Origin: Adineta vaga
Taxonomy: Eukaryota > Animalia > Rotifera
DNA: 64,000 nt
Direction of reading: 5' to 3'
NCBI GenBank assembly: GCA_021613535.1
Contig: CP075494.1
Coordinates: 13,516,001 to 13,580,000 of the forward strand
A model generated the notes under the pieces. The model was not told the origin of the DNA, did not search any database, and saw only the letters and a program-made list of their open reading frames with translations. Positions 13,167 to 26,900 of the stretch are shown in pieces. Each line of letters starts with the position of its first letter. The first letter of the stretch is position 1. The position numbers and the translations under genes were made by a program.

Positions 13167-14565
13167 CGTCGTTGTTCAATTCGGTTGTGATTAGAAGTGA
13201 GATTTTACTATCTAAATGTGATATATAATACAGACTAGCATATATAAGATTATGTTTGACCCTGGTTTAACAGTCGTATGTCAACATGTCACTGACGCGT
13301 ATGTAAGAAAGAAAGAATATATATATATATATCTATATACATATATGATTAAGAAGAAGAAATAAAAACGAAATGACATCCATAGACATAAGATGAGGAA
13401 AAAGAAGTTATTTGAATAAGATTAGCCTTAGGTGAGAATTCACATAGATCTACGAAAGAAAGTATATTAAGTTCATTGTACGTTCACATCCAAACGATTG
13501 ACCACTAATTCATGTATACGTATGTATAAATCTGAACAAATGATGTAATCGAAAATTTGATACTCAGATGAATAGAGATGGTGAACGAAAAAAGAAAGAA
13601 AAAAGAAAGGAAGAAATTGATAGAGAGTAGTCACTTTTTTCTTCTGTCTCCTTATACTTCCTGATAGGAAACTTCGTTTATTTCTTCAATGTTCTATGGA
13701 CAAGGTTGCTGCTATTACTATACTTACTATTAACAAAATGTCTATTCAACAATAAACTAACTAGTACATATAAGAAAGTAGTAGTTCATGAAGAGAAAGA
13801 CAGAGAAAAAAAAAGAAACTAATGTCAGTCTAATTTATATCAGAAGAAATATGTTGGTGCATATACATACAGTGACAATCAAGGTAGTTAGAAACAAAGA
13901 CCTTGTTCTCTTTTCTCAATGATTTTCGATGTGCATTTTGCTAAATGATGATACTTTGTTCCTCCTCCTCCTCCTCCTTCTTCTTCTTCTTCTTCTACTT
14001 TCGTTTTTTGATTTTCTTTGTCGGTAGACATCAATGTCGTGTAACGATACCCTACAGCTATATCACTCATAGAATGTTATAATAATGATATGAAAACTAG
14101 CTATTTGTCTTAATCATTGTATTTTTTATAGGCGATCGATTTCAATTTGTAATACGTACATTTCTTTTTGAAGATATTCAGCTCTTTTTTTATCAACATG
14201 ATAACGGAGGAAGGAGAAGAGAGAGAGAGAGACATACGAGTAAAAGTCAGTCGAGACTGTCTCATCACTTCAATAAGATCAATGTTTCTTGTATGTATAT
14301 ATACGTGTATGTGTGTGTGTTTTGTATCGGGCTCGTGTGTATACACACACACACACATGTATATATATATATATCATACATATGGATGACCTTCTTTTTG
14401 TACGTTTTTTTCCTCGTTTTTAAAAGTGAAGCAAATCGACATGTTGGTTTGAGTATGTAAAGACGAGAGCAAAGAAAATGACAACCGAAACTCATATGTT
14501 GATTCTGAATATGGAAGATTGAAAGCAAAGATATTACTTAATTTGATACTCTAAGAAATCGCTTT

Positions 14566-14592
14566 TTCTTCTTCTTCTTCTTCTTCTTCTTC
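14566..14592. repeat. (CTT)n microsatellite, one of several simple repeats in the 13.3-17 kb intergenic region
   Basis: Direct observation. (CCT)/(CTT) at ~13960-13995, (GA) at ~14216-14232 and (TATG) at ~14805-14825 are nearby. Confidence 0.85.
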
Positions 14593-17035
14593 GGAAAAGG
14601 GAACATTATATATACCTGTAAAAATTGAATGATTACGATGCTCAATTGTATGAGTTATCGAACTTTCGAATAGTAGAAATATGATGATTGAGCAAGTTGT
14701 CGATTGCTATTATTTAAATGTATACTATAGTTGTTCTAATGGGTTCTAATTGAGAAGAGATATAATAGTTGTATGTATGTGATCGTTTGAGAATAATTTG
14801 TATATATGTATGTATGTATGTATGAGTCTTCGATCTGAATCAGGCCACGTTCATACGTTCTAAATGTAGATATGAATATGAATATGAATAAAAAAAGAAG
14901 GAGACAGATCGATAGGAAGAATAACCCTTATGATAATATGAGCGGATGGTACAAATGAATGAACATCAAAAAGAAGAACAAGAAAGAAAAAAAGCTGTTA
15001 AAAAAAACGAACAGAATAGGTAGATAAATCAAGCGAAGGTGTATAACAGTATCTTATAACGAACATAACCTTGCATGTTCGATTTCGGTTTCAAACTGAA
15101 CTGGAATCACGTACTTACAGTTATGAAGAAAAAAAGTTTGCGCATGTGCTCCAACAGCAGATATGAACTAAATGAAAAAATATGATCAGAAACCAATGTG
15201 TGATTGTCTTATTTATAAATAGAAGACAGACAGGTTTGAAAATTGATATATGTATTGATAAAATCAACCATTTAATAGAAAATATGATTGTAGACTAGTT
15301 TTTATTGTCTGCCACTAATTATGTGTGTTCGTGATGGAAATGTTTACACGACTATTTGATAACAATTGAGGTAAAATTTTGTTTTCAATTGTTAATATAT
15401 CATGATAATACAATATCAACTTTAGAAAATGAAATGAAATGAATTTGATTAAATATTCAATATTTTCCCTTTTGATCTAACAAATTTTATCAACAAAAAT
15501 CCATGGATTAATCTGGATATTTGATCATTTAATCATGTCTTTATTTCAATTTGAAGAGATCATTGAAAACATTCTTTCTTTATGTTTTGACTTTTTTTTC
15601 TTCTTTTTTTCGAAGAATTAGTAAAACATTTTTGAAATATTGTTGTTAGTCTCCTTGAATACTTTTCGTACTTCACACATTAACCATGAAGATTTAATGT
15701 ATAGGGGCACAATAAGACATTCACATTTTCATTGTCAAGGTTTAATTTTAATTATCTCATAGAATATTTTAAACAAAGATATTTTGTCTTTCATCAGAAA
15801 ACATATATCAAAGAATGTCCAAGAAATCGAATATATTTGGATTGAAATTCGAACACTTATGACACGAAAACAAGGACAATTCATAGGTTTTTATCAATTT
15901 TGTGAAAGATTTCCAGCAACTGTATCATTTCTCATACAAATAGTACAAAGTCCAAAATGTTGAAGGGAACAACTGTGGAATATGATTAATTCTCTTCTCA
16001 CTAATGCACTCTAGTGTCATTTGTATCACCACCTACGCGTGTTATTTCATATTTACGTAGGAAGTATACAACACGTACAGTAAATATACAACAACACTTA
16101 ATTAACTTGAGTTTATTCTCTTCTTAAGAATCAAGATTTCTCAAAGTAGAAACTAAACAAAAATGATGATTTGAAATTTATCTTCTCATTAATATTTAAC
16201 TATTTTATTTGCTTTCGCATTGACGACAATCACATAGTGTGATGATGACATACGACATCTGTGTCAACAGAGTAGTTTTCGGATAATGAAAGGATAAGTT
16301 CTTTATATGAACCAATGGAAAAATCCAAAATAAAAAACAACAAACAATAAAAGAGGGAAGAAGAAGAAGAAGAAGAATTTTTTCATCTTTTCATTCGATC
16401 TTTCTTTATTATTATTTTCCATGACATCAATTTCCTTTCTTTCTTTCATCAGCGTCAACATTATTCCGATATTTAAATAGAAATAAAGAAAAGAAAATCT
16501 TGACATGAAGATCTGATTATTCCTATATATTATCAAAATTGTTTATACAAACAATAATTTAATGGAACTTATTTAGCTATTTATAAGATTAGTTATTAAT
16601 CATGACATAACTTGTTGACTGTCCAAGTTTTTCTTTTTTTTTTCGAAAGACAAAATTTAATCTTTTCTCGACCATTGATTCCGATGAATTTTATTTCGAG
16701 TAACTAAGAAACATTCGAGACAAATCATAGAGAGAAATGTAACAATACACTTGTAAGTTTGTTTTCTTTTAATCTTAAAGAAAAACGTCTAGAGTTAATT
16801 AAATAATTTCAAGCAGATTATATCTCGAGGCAAGGTTTTTATGATTTGAAAATAATCTTTATTCTTTTCTTTTCTTTCTTTTCTCTTCTCTTCTCTTCTC
16901 TTTTCTTTTTCTCTATATCGAAGAATAGTCATCAGACGAAAACACGTGAAACTATATCAGATGACGTAAAAATGTACAAGGTTATTTCGCTGTTGTCATT
17001 ACTATAATCGAATTAATTTTGCGTTTATTTTCTAG

Positions 17036-18115
17036 ATGATGCAGTCGTCATCAGGTAATGCTAAAGATGGTAATAGTAGTATCCATCCGTCCTCGTTTCG
17101 TATGAGAAATAATTCCTATTCAACAACACCATTCACAAATAATTATCAATTATCATCATCAACCTTTTGGTCACATCCTCCAACCTTACAAACTCCACCA
17201 CCACCTCCATTAACATTCAATATGAATGGTCAAACATCCATTCAACAATTTCTCAATTCTGATATGCTTGCATCTATGTCAAGAAGTAATTCTCAGCCAG
17301 ATCTAACTGCAACATTAAATACAGTACCATCATCAGTCAATCAATTGACATCATCTAAATCGATGTCTGTTTGTTCGGATGATTTATATATGGATATTGG
17401 TGGTTGTAATAATTCAAGTGTTGTCGATGATTTATTCCTTGGAATAGAAGCGGATTTTATTGGTACATCGGATTTATCAGATTTCTTTGAGAATGAATAC
17501 TTTTCGGAATTAGACTTAGATGATACACGTTCATTATTCCAGCAACTTGCCAATTCTTCTAGTCCATCACAAGCACCACCACCACAACGTAGTGCACCAC
17601 CATCACCTAAACCACAACCAAAGAATCGTTCAAATAATAATGGAAAACAATTACCAACAAAATTATGGTCAAAAATGACTAGTCATGAACAAACATCAGC
17701 AACTGAAGATCTAACACGTACTATTAATGAACAACTTGGACGACGAGAACAATTAGAGATTATTCGAATTTTACAACCAGATGGTCCACGTTTATTACCA
17801 CATCAAACGCAAATTATTCTCGATTTTTCTGGTATGAATGATGAAAAACATCGACGAATTCGAAATATAATTAAATTTAATTTAATTGGCGGTGGTGGTT
17901 CATTGAACGATGAAAGTGATGGTTATTCTTCGTTATCATCAAATAAAAGTGATCCATTATCTCAACGGATTGAAAAAGCATTAAAATTACGTCAACGGAA
18001 AGAACAACGACAAGCAGCTAAAGAACATCGATCGGGTTTATTCAATGCTCAACATCATCAAGTTCTTGAATTGACAAAATGCGATGAAGATATTGAAGTA
18101 GATATCTTATCGTAA
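17036..18115 (+). CDS. FAM199X: FAM199X-like protein (single coding exon)
   Basis: 359-aa ORF. WSKMTSHEQ...NEQLGRREQLEIIRILQP...IILDFSGMNDEKHRRIRNII and the C-terminus KALKLRQRKEQRQAAKEHRSGLF...EDIEVDILS match the recalled FAM199X conserved blocks. The ATG directly follows a splice acceptor (tttctag), so 5' UTR exons are likely. Confidence 0.8.
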   Translation: MMQSSSGNAKDGNSSIHPSSFRMRNNSYSTTPFTNNYQLSSSTFWSHPPTLQTPPPPPLTFNMNGQTSIQQFLNSDMLASMSRSNSQPDLTATLNTVPSSVNQLTSSKSMSVCSDDLYMDIGGCNNSSVVDDLFLGIEADFIGTSDLSDFFENEYFSELDLDDTRSLFQQLANSSSPSQAPPPQRSAPPSPKPQPKNRSNNNGKQLPTKLWSKMTSHEQTSATEDLTRTINEQLGRREQLEIIRILQPDGPRLLPHQTQIILDFSGMNDEKHRRIRNIIKFNLIGGGGSLNDESDGYSSLSSNKSDPLSQRIEKALKLRQRKEQRQAAKEHRSGLFNAQHHQVLELTKCDEDIEVDILS

Positions 18116-19774
18116 TACTTGTTTTTTTTACATATATATATACATAATCTTGTTGCTCGTTGTTGCTCGTTGTTGTTAACTGTGGAGTTTCTTTCGTCTT
18201 TTTCTTTGCATACAATTGCAATTGTACTCTTCTTTCTCATATCTCTCTGTTTGTATTTATATCATTGTTTTTTCTCGGTCTTTGTCTCTCTTTCTGTGCA
18301 CTTGTTTGTGCCATGTGTGTATGACGATTGGTGACAAAAAAAACGCAAAAGAAACTGAAGAAGTAACATTTTTATTTACGTTTTATTTGACTTGAGTCAT
18401 TTATTATTATTGTTTTAAGTAAAGTGAACATTTCGAATCTAAATGTATTCGAGTAAAGATCAATTTAATTTTGAAAATGATTTCATCTTTAACATCAATA
18501 TCTGTATAAAATACAATTAGTCGAACATCTGCATTTACGTCATTTATGTTACGGATGTATATAATGATAAGAGAAATATATGATAGACTAGGGTTGATTA
18601 TTTCTGACAGTTCTGATTTGAAGAGAACGATTCGGATTACGATGAATAAATGATTTCCAGATCATCTGGTGTTACACAAAGAAAAAAGGGTTTATTAATA
18701 GAAACTTTTACGATTTCAATATGATGAGTGAGACAATGATTAGTTCGTTGGTACATATTAAAGAAAAGCCTAAAGAAACAATATGGAAAATTTCAGCTAA
18801 ATTAAACAATCGATATTTTAGGCATAATAATAATAACATCATCATCATATACAAGTCAAGAAACAACGAAAGTAATAAATTATAAAGAAGAATCGGTTTT
18901 TCTATGCGTAGTAGGAGTAAATAACATATCATTAGAAGATTGTATTCTATTTATCAGATCGTAAGGATTAGGTAGACGACGTTCGAAGAGCAACTGTTTT
19001 GGCCTTACATTTCAATCTTTCTTGAGAGTTTTACATCGTCCTACTGAAGGAAAATTCTTTTCTTTTTTGATAAAGAAACATATCGACTCAGATCGATCTT
19101 ATCACCAGAGAACGTAAATAAGATAGAATGGTGGAGAAAGGGGTTGTCATTAGTTTAGAATGGTATTTAGAGTTTTGATGACAAAATAATCAAATTATTA
19201 TTCAATATCTCAGCAAAATATGATATAAACTTTCGGACAAATGTCAAACGGACTCCGTAATTATGAAACGAGAAGAAATCTATTATTTAAAACTATACAA
19301 AGATTTTCTTTTCCATACTTACTTATCATTGATCGATAGAAAATAGCTGAAAGATTTTTTTTTGTTTCTAAGGAAGAATTTTTTTTTCGAACGTTTCAGT
19401 CGATTAAACATAAATATTTTTTTAGAAAATCGTGATTTCCGTGCTAAATCAAGGATATAATTGAAGCTAGTAATATTAGATGTTTTTATCTCTATTCTGG
19501 AATAATTAATCTTTGTCGAGAAACGCTAGAATAACAAATATTCCGGCATTCTGTAAATATCGACGAAGGTCCGTCGGCTTAACGTTCTGTATATACTCGT
19601 CAAAAACTGACTCTATTGAAAATTAGTCGAAGACAACGATGATGATGAAATGAAGCGAAGATAGATTTTTTTCTGTTGAAGGATAGGTTGATAGGACTTT
19701 GACTAATTTTGTAGTATTTTACAATACCAACCCTCAGCTCTTGTAGTGTCAACGAAACATCAGTTATTTAGATA

Positions 19775-19782
19775 TATAAAAG
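19775..19782 (+). promoter_or_regulatory. Candidate TATA box for the titin-like gene
   Basis: TATAAAAG, followed ~115 bp later by a strong donor (gac|GTGAGT, ~19895). Further probable 5' UTR exons lie at ~20153-20222 and from ~20934. Confidence 0.35.
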
Positions 19783-20995
19783 ACTGACAACTCGTCATCT
19801 GATATTATGATAGATATATTTCTCGTATACTTAATCGAAGGAAAAATGAATACGACTCAAGTATCATAACATAACCCATTGATTATCCAAGAGACGTGAG
19901 TAAGGGATAGTATTATAAAAAGAACAGATCTTCTATGGAAACAATGCATTCTATTAAAGAAGAATGGCTATGTTATCGTAAGAATGATATCGATACACAA
20001 AAAAAAAATGGAGAAAAAATTTCGAGTAATGTTAAGACTTATTGTAGAACGTTAGATGTCAATTGACTTCAACAAGGTTAAGTATCCTTCGACCCGATGT
20101 TTGTTTATTTCAGCTTCATCTATCAATGAGACGATATTTGTTTTTTTTTACAGTTGAAAGAAAACCTCTAGTTACCAAAAGATCTGCTAATATCATCGAT
20201 GTTCGTCGGTTTCATTCGTTGAGTAAGATTTGTCTTTTCTTCCTATTTCATATCCTATCATTCTTATGAAATGTTTGTATGGATTTCGTTTTTTTTTCTT
20301 CTAAATAAATGATAAAATTATTGATGTCGTCGTTCGTTCGATGATTGAATGATGATAATGACAAAGAAGAGCTTCATTGCAAATATTATCACCAAACAAT
20401 TTTTGTACCAATATGTCTCGTATGCAATCAATCTATCTATCAAATATATCCATAAGGGACAAATCACCTGCCGCTTAACATTAGACGATAGCATTCGTAC
20501 GAATAAGGAAAAAGAAAATTGATATTGTGCTTTTTCTTCAAGCAAATCAGAATGCGAGAGAGCAAGAGATGACATCAAATTCAAGGACAAAATCACACTT
20601 AGACTCGATTAAGCATTTGATAGTGTGACATCATATAGACAATAACTGTTCACTTTCTCTCTTGTTAGATAACTCTTGACATATCAATCATCTCCTTTGT
20701 TTCTCTCTCCTTGTCGTTCTCTTTTTTTCTTTTTACATTTCTGTACACGATCATGTTAGAGAACAAGTGATTATTCTTTTGGAAAGATCTATGCATGCGT
20801 GTGATTTTTTTTTCTTCTTCGACATTGTATACACAATGACATTTGCTACGATCTGTTGTTGTTGTTGTTAGCATTATTATATTCACACTTTTTTTCTTCT
20901 TTCTTTGCTTCCTTATTTTTATCTCTCGTTTAGATCAGAAGAGTAGTCAGTCGATCTGTCTTTGTCAGCGCATATTATCGTATACAACTAATGTA

Positions 20996-23900
20996 ATGGC
21001 AAAATCTAAAACTGATACTGGTGAACTCTTTTTAAGTCGTCTCTCGGAAGTTTATACATGTCGTCCAGGTGATAATGTACTTCTTGAATGTTATGTTCGT
21101 CATCAACAAGTTAAATCAGTTGCTTGGTATGCAAATGGTGAATTAGTTGAATTGAAAGGTTTTCGTCTATGGTATCGATATCAACCAACAACAGGTCAAT
21201 GTTCACTTTATCTACGTTCTGTACTTTATTCAGATGAAGGTTCATATTGTTGTATAGCAACAGGTTTAGATGATACAACTGAAATTTTACAACTTCGATT
21301 AGAAATTGATAATCGTAAGAATTTTTTTCTTTTTCTCTTTTTGTCAAATTTTTTATTTTCTGTTTCTTATAGATGATAAAACATGGACTAAAATTCCTAT
21401 CTTACATATGGCTGGATCTGTCTCAGGAGAAGGTAAATATACTGGAATATATCTTTCTATAAACAAGAAAATGAGTTTCTAAATAAATACATCTCTCGGT
21501 ATTTGATGACCTCGATGACATTCAGAAGAAATCTTCTTCTTCTTTTTCTAAAACGTTAACAGAAGCGTGTTTCGTGGTACATTGATTTCTGTATTTTCTA
21601 TCTTCGTCCTTCTTTCTTCGAAGACTTTTCTGGCATCTTATGCTTTACTGCTAATACATATTGTTAACAACCAGTTCTCTTTGCATCTTTCTCGTTTTTT
21701 CTCTCGGCGATGGTGGTAATGTGCTACGGTCTGACCATATACGCAGCCGTATGTTATCCATGCTACGTCGTATAAATTCTATATCAGAACATGCTGTGAA
21801 AGAACAACAAAAAACGATTCTACAAAAATCGAGAAAAAGAAGAGCAAAGATTTTTCTCCGCGACAATGCACTGAGCATATTTGCCGATTGATAACTAATT
21901 AACTAATCGACTAGAAGAAGTGATAGAGAGAGAGGATAGAAGCTTCGAGATAGAGAGAGAGGGAGACAAAATAATATGCTGTTTTGTTTTCTTCGCTAGA
22001 TGAAGAAGAATCAAATACAATCTTTGCAACTCCTCATCAAAAATTGAATACGGAACAAGGTATGTTTCCGGTCCATTGGTACGAACTTCGTCTCGATCGA
22101 CCTCTACCCGATCCAACAACTGTTGACGAAAACAGTCCATTACAACTTTCATGTCGTATAGCTGGTCTTCATATTGACAAATTTGAATGGTTTAGAAATG
22201 GAGAATTGATATCTGTCTCCAATGATAGTCCTCCATCATCATTCGTATCATCAACATCATTAACAACTGATATTGATCATGGCTTATTTTATACATCTTA
22301 TGATACGTTACCAGCACATTTTATTCCTATATTAACTGTTGATCGAACAACAAAACATCGTCATGAAGGTATATATGAATGTCAGGCATCGAATGCTCAT
22401 TATCGCGTATCATCAACATGTAATGTTATTATTAAAGAAATTGAACAACCTGGATTTTCAACTGACGAAGTACATGATATTTTGTTCGTTCATTTTGTTT
22501 TTAATCGAATTTCTTTTTTCTTCTAGGCACGTTCTCCTCGCCCAGTATTTGAAATCAAAAAACGATTAGAAGAGGATCAACAAGAACAAACTCCACCAAT
22601 CGATCGTAAACGTCTTCGATTGGATGAAACAACTAGTAATCGTCAAGTAATACAAAGCCAATTACCATCATTAATCAGTCCTGTTGAATCACCTTTTCGA
22701 ATTTTCGGCGATCAACTTGTACCATCAACAGAATCGAAGAAAGATCCAACGAAAACTGTTACATGGAATGAACAAATTCAAACATTTGTTCAAGTAAATC
22801 TTTTTTGCGTAATTTTTTAATTTTATTCTTCTTATCATCTTTAGAGTAATTTATCAAATGAACCTGATCGATTACTTCCACCTATTCCCGAACGATTAAC
22901 ATCAACATCATCGGATGAAAGTAGTATGTCAGCTGGTGATCTCGAACAACTTCTTCGTTCACATTCATTAATGACAACACAATCATCGATGAAAACTATT
23001 GATACAAGTAGTAGTTCCGATACTGGAAATGAACTAACAGGCATGTCACCAGTATTTTTTCAATTACTTCCATCAAATCTTGAATGTGAAGAAGGTGAAC
23101 GTTTATTACTTTCATGTCAAGTTATAGCTGGTACACAATGTCAAATAAGATGGTTACTTAATGAAATTATGATTTCGGAAAGTGCATTTCGTACTCGACG
23201 TCATTATAATCCGGATACAGGCATTTGTTTTATTATTATTGATCCAACGACAACATCTGATTCAGGATGTTATCGTTTAATTATTTCAAATCAACATGGT
23301 CAAGCTCAATCGATATGTCATGTTCGTATTTTTGTTCGTCAATTACCACCGATGCCTGAAGATGATCAATCAACACGTCTATATTTTGTTAAACCATTAC
23401 CATCAACACCAATCACATGTCGTGATGGTGATACCATTCAATTAACATGTGTTGTTCATGGACGACGACCAATCTATACTCGATGGTTAAAAGATGACCG
23501 ACAAATAATCATTAATGAAAAACAGCAACATACACGTCAAATTTATTTTGATTCTTTAACTGGTAAATCAACATTAACTATTCACGATATATATCCCAAT
23601 GATAGTGGAATATATCGATGTGAAGCAACGAATGATCGAGAAAAAATTAGTACAAATACAACAGTTGATGTTATACGTAAGTATTTAGATTTATGAAATT
23701 ACTCTTTTCTATTCAATTAATCAAATAGATTATCAATATGAAGGTGATAGTGATCGATCTTCTGCTTCGTATATATCCGGTCCACCGAGTGAACCTGAAG
23801 ATGCAAGTGAATTTCAAATGTTACAAGACAAAGCTATATTCAATGAATCTCGTCGTCTTGTCGAAGATTTAGATGCTCGTATTGCTGATTTGTCTCGTGG

Positions 23901-26900
23901 AAATTTAACGACAACTGCAGATAATTCCAGATATGGTAATATAGAGTTTCTCTAAAAACTTTTTTTTCTAGTTGAAAGATAAATATCAGTTCATCCAGTA
24001 AATGTGTTGACACTCAATTGATTTTTGTACATCACAAAAGAATAGATTAACATCATGTATTGAAGATAAAACATCTCTTATATAATTGTCTGTTGTAGTT
24101 GTAATCAATCTATTCTTCATTTGGATTTGTTGCCTTTATCAGATGAAAGATAATATTATTATTCTCTTCTCATTTTTAATTTCTTTTTCTTATATATTAA
24201 ATCCATATCTAATAGATTCAAATAATAGAAAATTAATTAGATCTCTTATCAATATTTAAGTATAATGGTTATTCTTATTTTCATATAAATTTGCCCTTAT
24301 TGACATCATCCATGAAGGAAAAAGACAGTAATATCTATCAGCAAAATTTCCTCTTACTATTCTTTCCTAGAAAAAAAAAATTCTTCGTCTATATGGATTC
24401 TTTTGTTCCACGCCTACTTTCCTTCTATGTTGTGTACGTATATACATATCGGTCATCATCAACATCATCCTTCGCATCTCTACGATATCAACATTAACTA
24501 AAAGAAAGGAAAGAAGAAAAATCGAAGCAAACATGGATATCCAAAAAAAAAAGAAGAAAGAATGTTTTTTCTCAACCTATGACTTTGCAATACTTCTCAG
24601 AAGGATAACGTTCTGTTTCTTTCTCCCAAATTCTCGTCGTTGTTGATTTGTCTTCCTATGATTATATCATCTGTACAGCTGCCTACCAATGACCAAGTAA
24701 ACATGAAGTTTGTCTATCTGTTTTTCAAGCAACATTTGTAGTATTGGGAGATAATAGACAACATTTTCTTTTTCTGTATCTTGCTGCGTTCTATATTCAT
24801 CATCAACATCATACTTAGCTATACAGTCTTGGTATTTGTTTTGCTTATTCATCGAAGTATCGTTTTTCAAATCAAATGGCATTCAATGACGAACGTATAC
24901 CAAAATTTGTTCATGTCGATGATGAAAATAGATTTCAAAGTAATGATTTAATTTTATTTGGTTTCGAACAAGAATTAAAATCGATTACTGTACGTCATGG
25001 TGAATCAGCACGATTTGAAGCAAAAATACATTTAAAATCAACATCATCCAATATTCAAATTGATCGATCTATATTAATAATTGAATGGCGTTTAAATGAT
25101 ATACCATTAATTAATGATGAGAAATCACGATATCGTTTTGATTCAATACCAGAAGAAAATCTCTATTGGATGGACATTCGACAATGTGAACAAGAAGATG
25201 AAGGAGTTTATACGATCTATATTAGTTATGATCATGGAAAATTTCATGAGGAATCGAGCGCTTATCTCTTTGTTGATAGTGAGTTTATATGAAGAAAAAA
25301 TGTTTTTCATTTAGAAAGAATAGATTGATCTGTTGTTAATTAATTGATTTTCAATGTATATAATTGAAAACGATCAATTATTTATCCATTATGTTTGTTA
25401 TTCTTTTTTTTTTCTTTCTTCGTTCTGAGAATCCAAGAAAGATAGAAAATTCTTATAATTATAATTGATTAAATCATTGATATTTTGTTGTGTTTTTTTA
25501 TAGGCTTTATTACTGAAAAGGAGGAGCAACCTGATCAATTAAGCCAACAAGGATTAACTGCCGATGATACGTGGTTTTCTGCCACATCACTTGATCGTTT
25601 TATTCCACCAACAATCACACGACCTCTTCTATCAACTTATCGATGTCATTCGAAAACGAAATTACAACTTCAAGTGGAATATTTTTCTCCATCTATTCAG
25701 TGTCATTGTAGATGGCAAGTACAATATTTAAATGATACTACACCAGGACCCGTACAGAACGGCTCAATAATTAATACAAATTATTCATCAACATTAACAA
25801 TTCATTCAATGACGCCTGAATTACAAGGTACATACACATTTTATTTGGAAAATGTCTATGGAAATGCAATGACACAAACCCATGTTATTGTTGATAAGGA
25901 TTCTAGTGATGACGAATTAGGTAAAGTAGAAAAACAACAATATATCATTTTTCTTCTTCTTTTTTTCCTATCAATAACATTTTAGAATACCAAGAAGTAC
26001 CTGAAGAACCACTATTGAAAAAGCAATATGTTGATGACGATAGTCATCTTCCAATTCATGTTCTTAGTGGAGATACAGAAAATCTTATTATTCATACTGA
26101 ACGTACTCCACAAGTAATGAATTTATTTGTACTATATTTGATTTTTGATTATTATCTATGTAGATTACACGAGATATATCAAGCGAACAAAATTTACAAC
26201 TTCAACCTGGTGACAAAATTGAAATTGAAGATATTAGTATGACAGTTCAATTTAATAAACAACAACAACAACAATTAAAATCTGTAAGTAAAGTGTTAAT
26301 TGAATATGTCAGAAGATTATATAGTAGTCTCCAATAATCTCATGTTTTCTTTTTAAGGAATATGACCAAAATCAATTCCAATTACCAACGACATCAACCA
26401 TTACTGACTCTGTTCAGAGAATTATTCGGGAGGATATTCCGCAAACAACTACAACTACTATTACAACTGAAGAAACAGATATGTTTTCTTTACCATCATC
26501 TACTACATTAGATCAAACTTTGAGTGGTGTTGCACAGTGGTCTCAATTATTTTCGGATAATAATATGCTTCCGTCAATTACAACAGCATTACTACCTAAT
26601 CGTGCCTCACAAATTTCGAATTTATCTCCATCCGCTAATGTATATGAAGAGGAACAATATGTTATGCATCCTGTTGACCAACGTTTAGCAATCAACTCTT
26701 CTGGAACATCTAGTAAAGCTAATACTATTCAACAAGCAACTGTTGAATCAGGTGTACAATCATTCGATGAAGCAGCTCAAGAAACATCTGTCAATATTAG
26801 TCATATACGTCAACAACAATCTGGAGGTGTTAAACGCACAGCTATATCAATTTCGCAACCGAGCACTACGACAGATTTTCCGCTATTAGATGAAACTGCT

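Noticed and set aside
13888-14528. Short ORFs (e.g. MSDIAVGY...EEEEEEGGGGGG) as CAMSAP upstream exons or separate genes
   Set aside because: They are made of microsatellites and show no CH-domain features or consistent splice phase.
19551-19580. CGACG...CGTCG hairpin as a Helitron end or terminator
   Set aside because: The stem is only 5 bp and there is no correctly placed CTRR terminus.
21661-21891. 76-aa basic ORF inside titin intron 21433-21999
   Set aside because: The flanking exons already join in frame (21432>22000). The ORF ends in a stop with no usable donor and has no recognisable motif.
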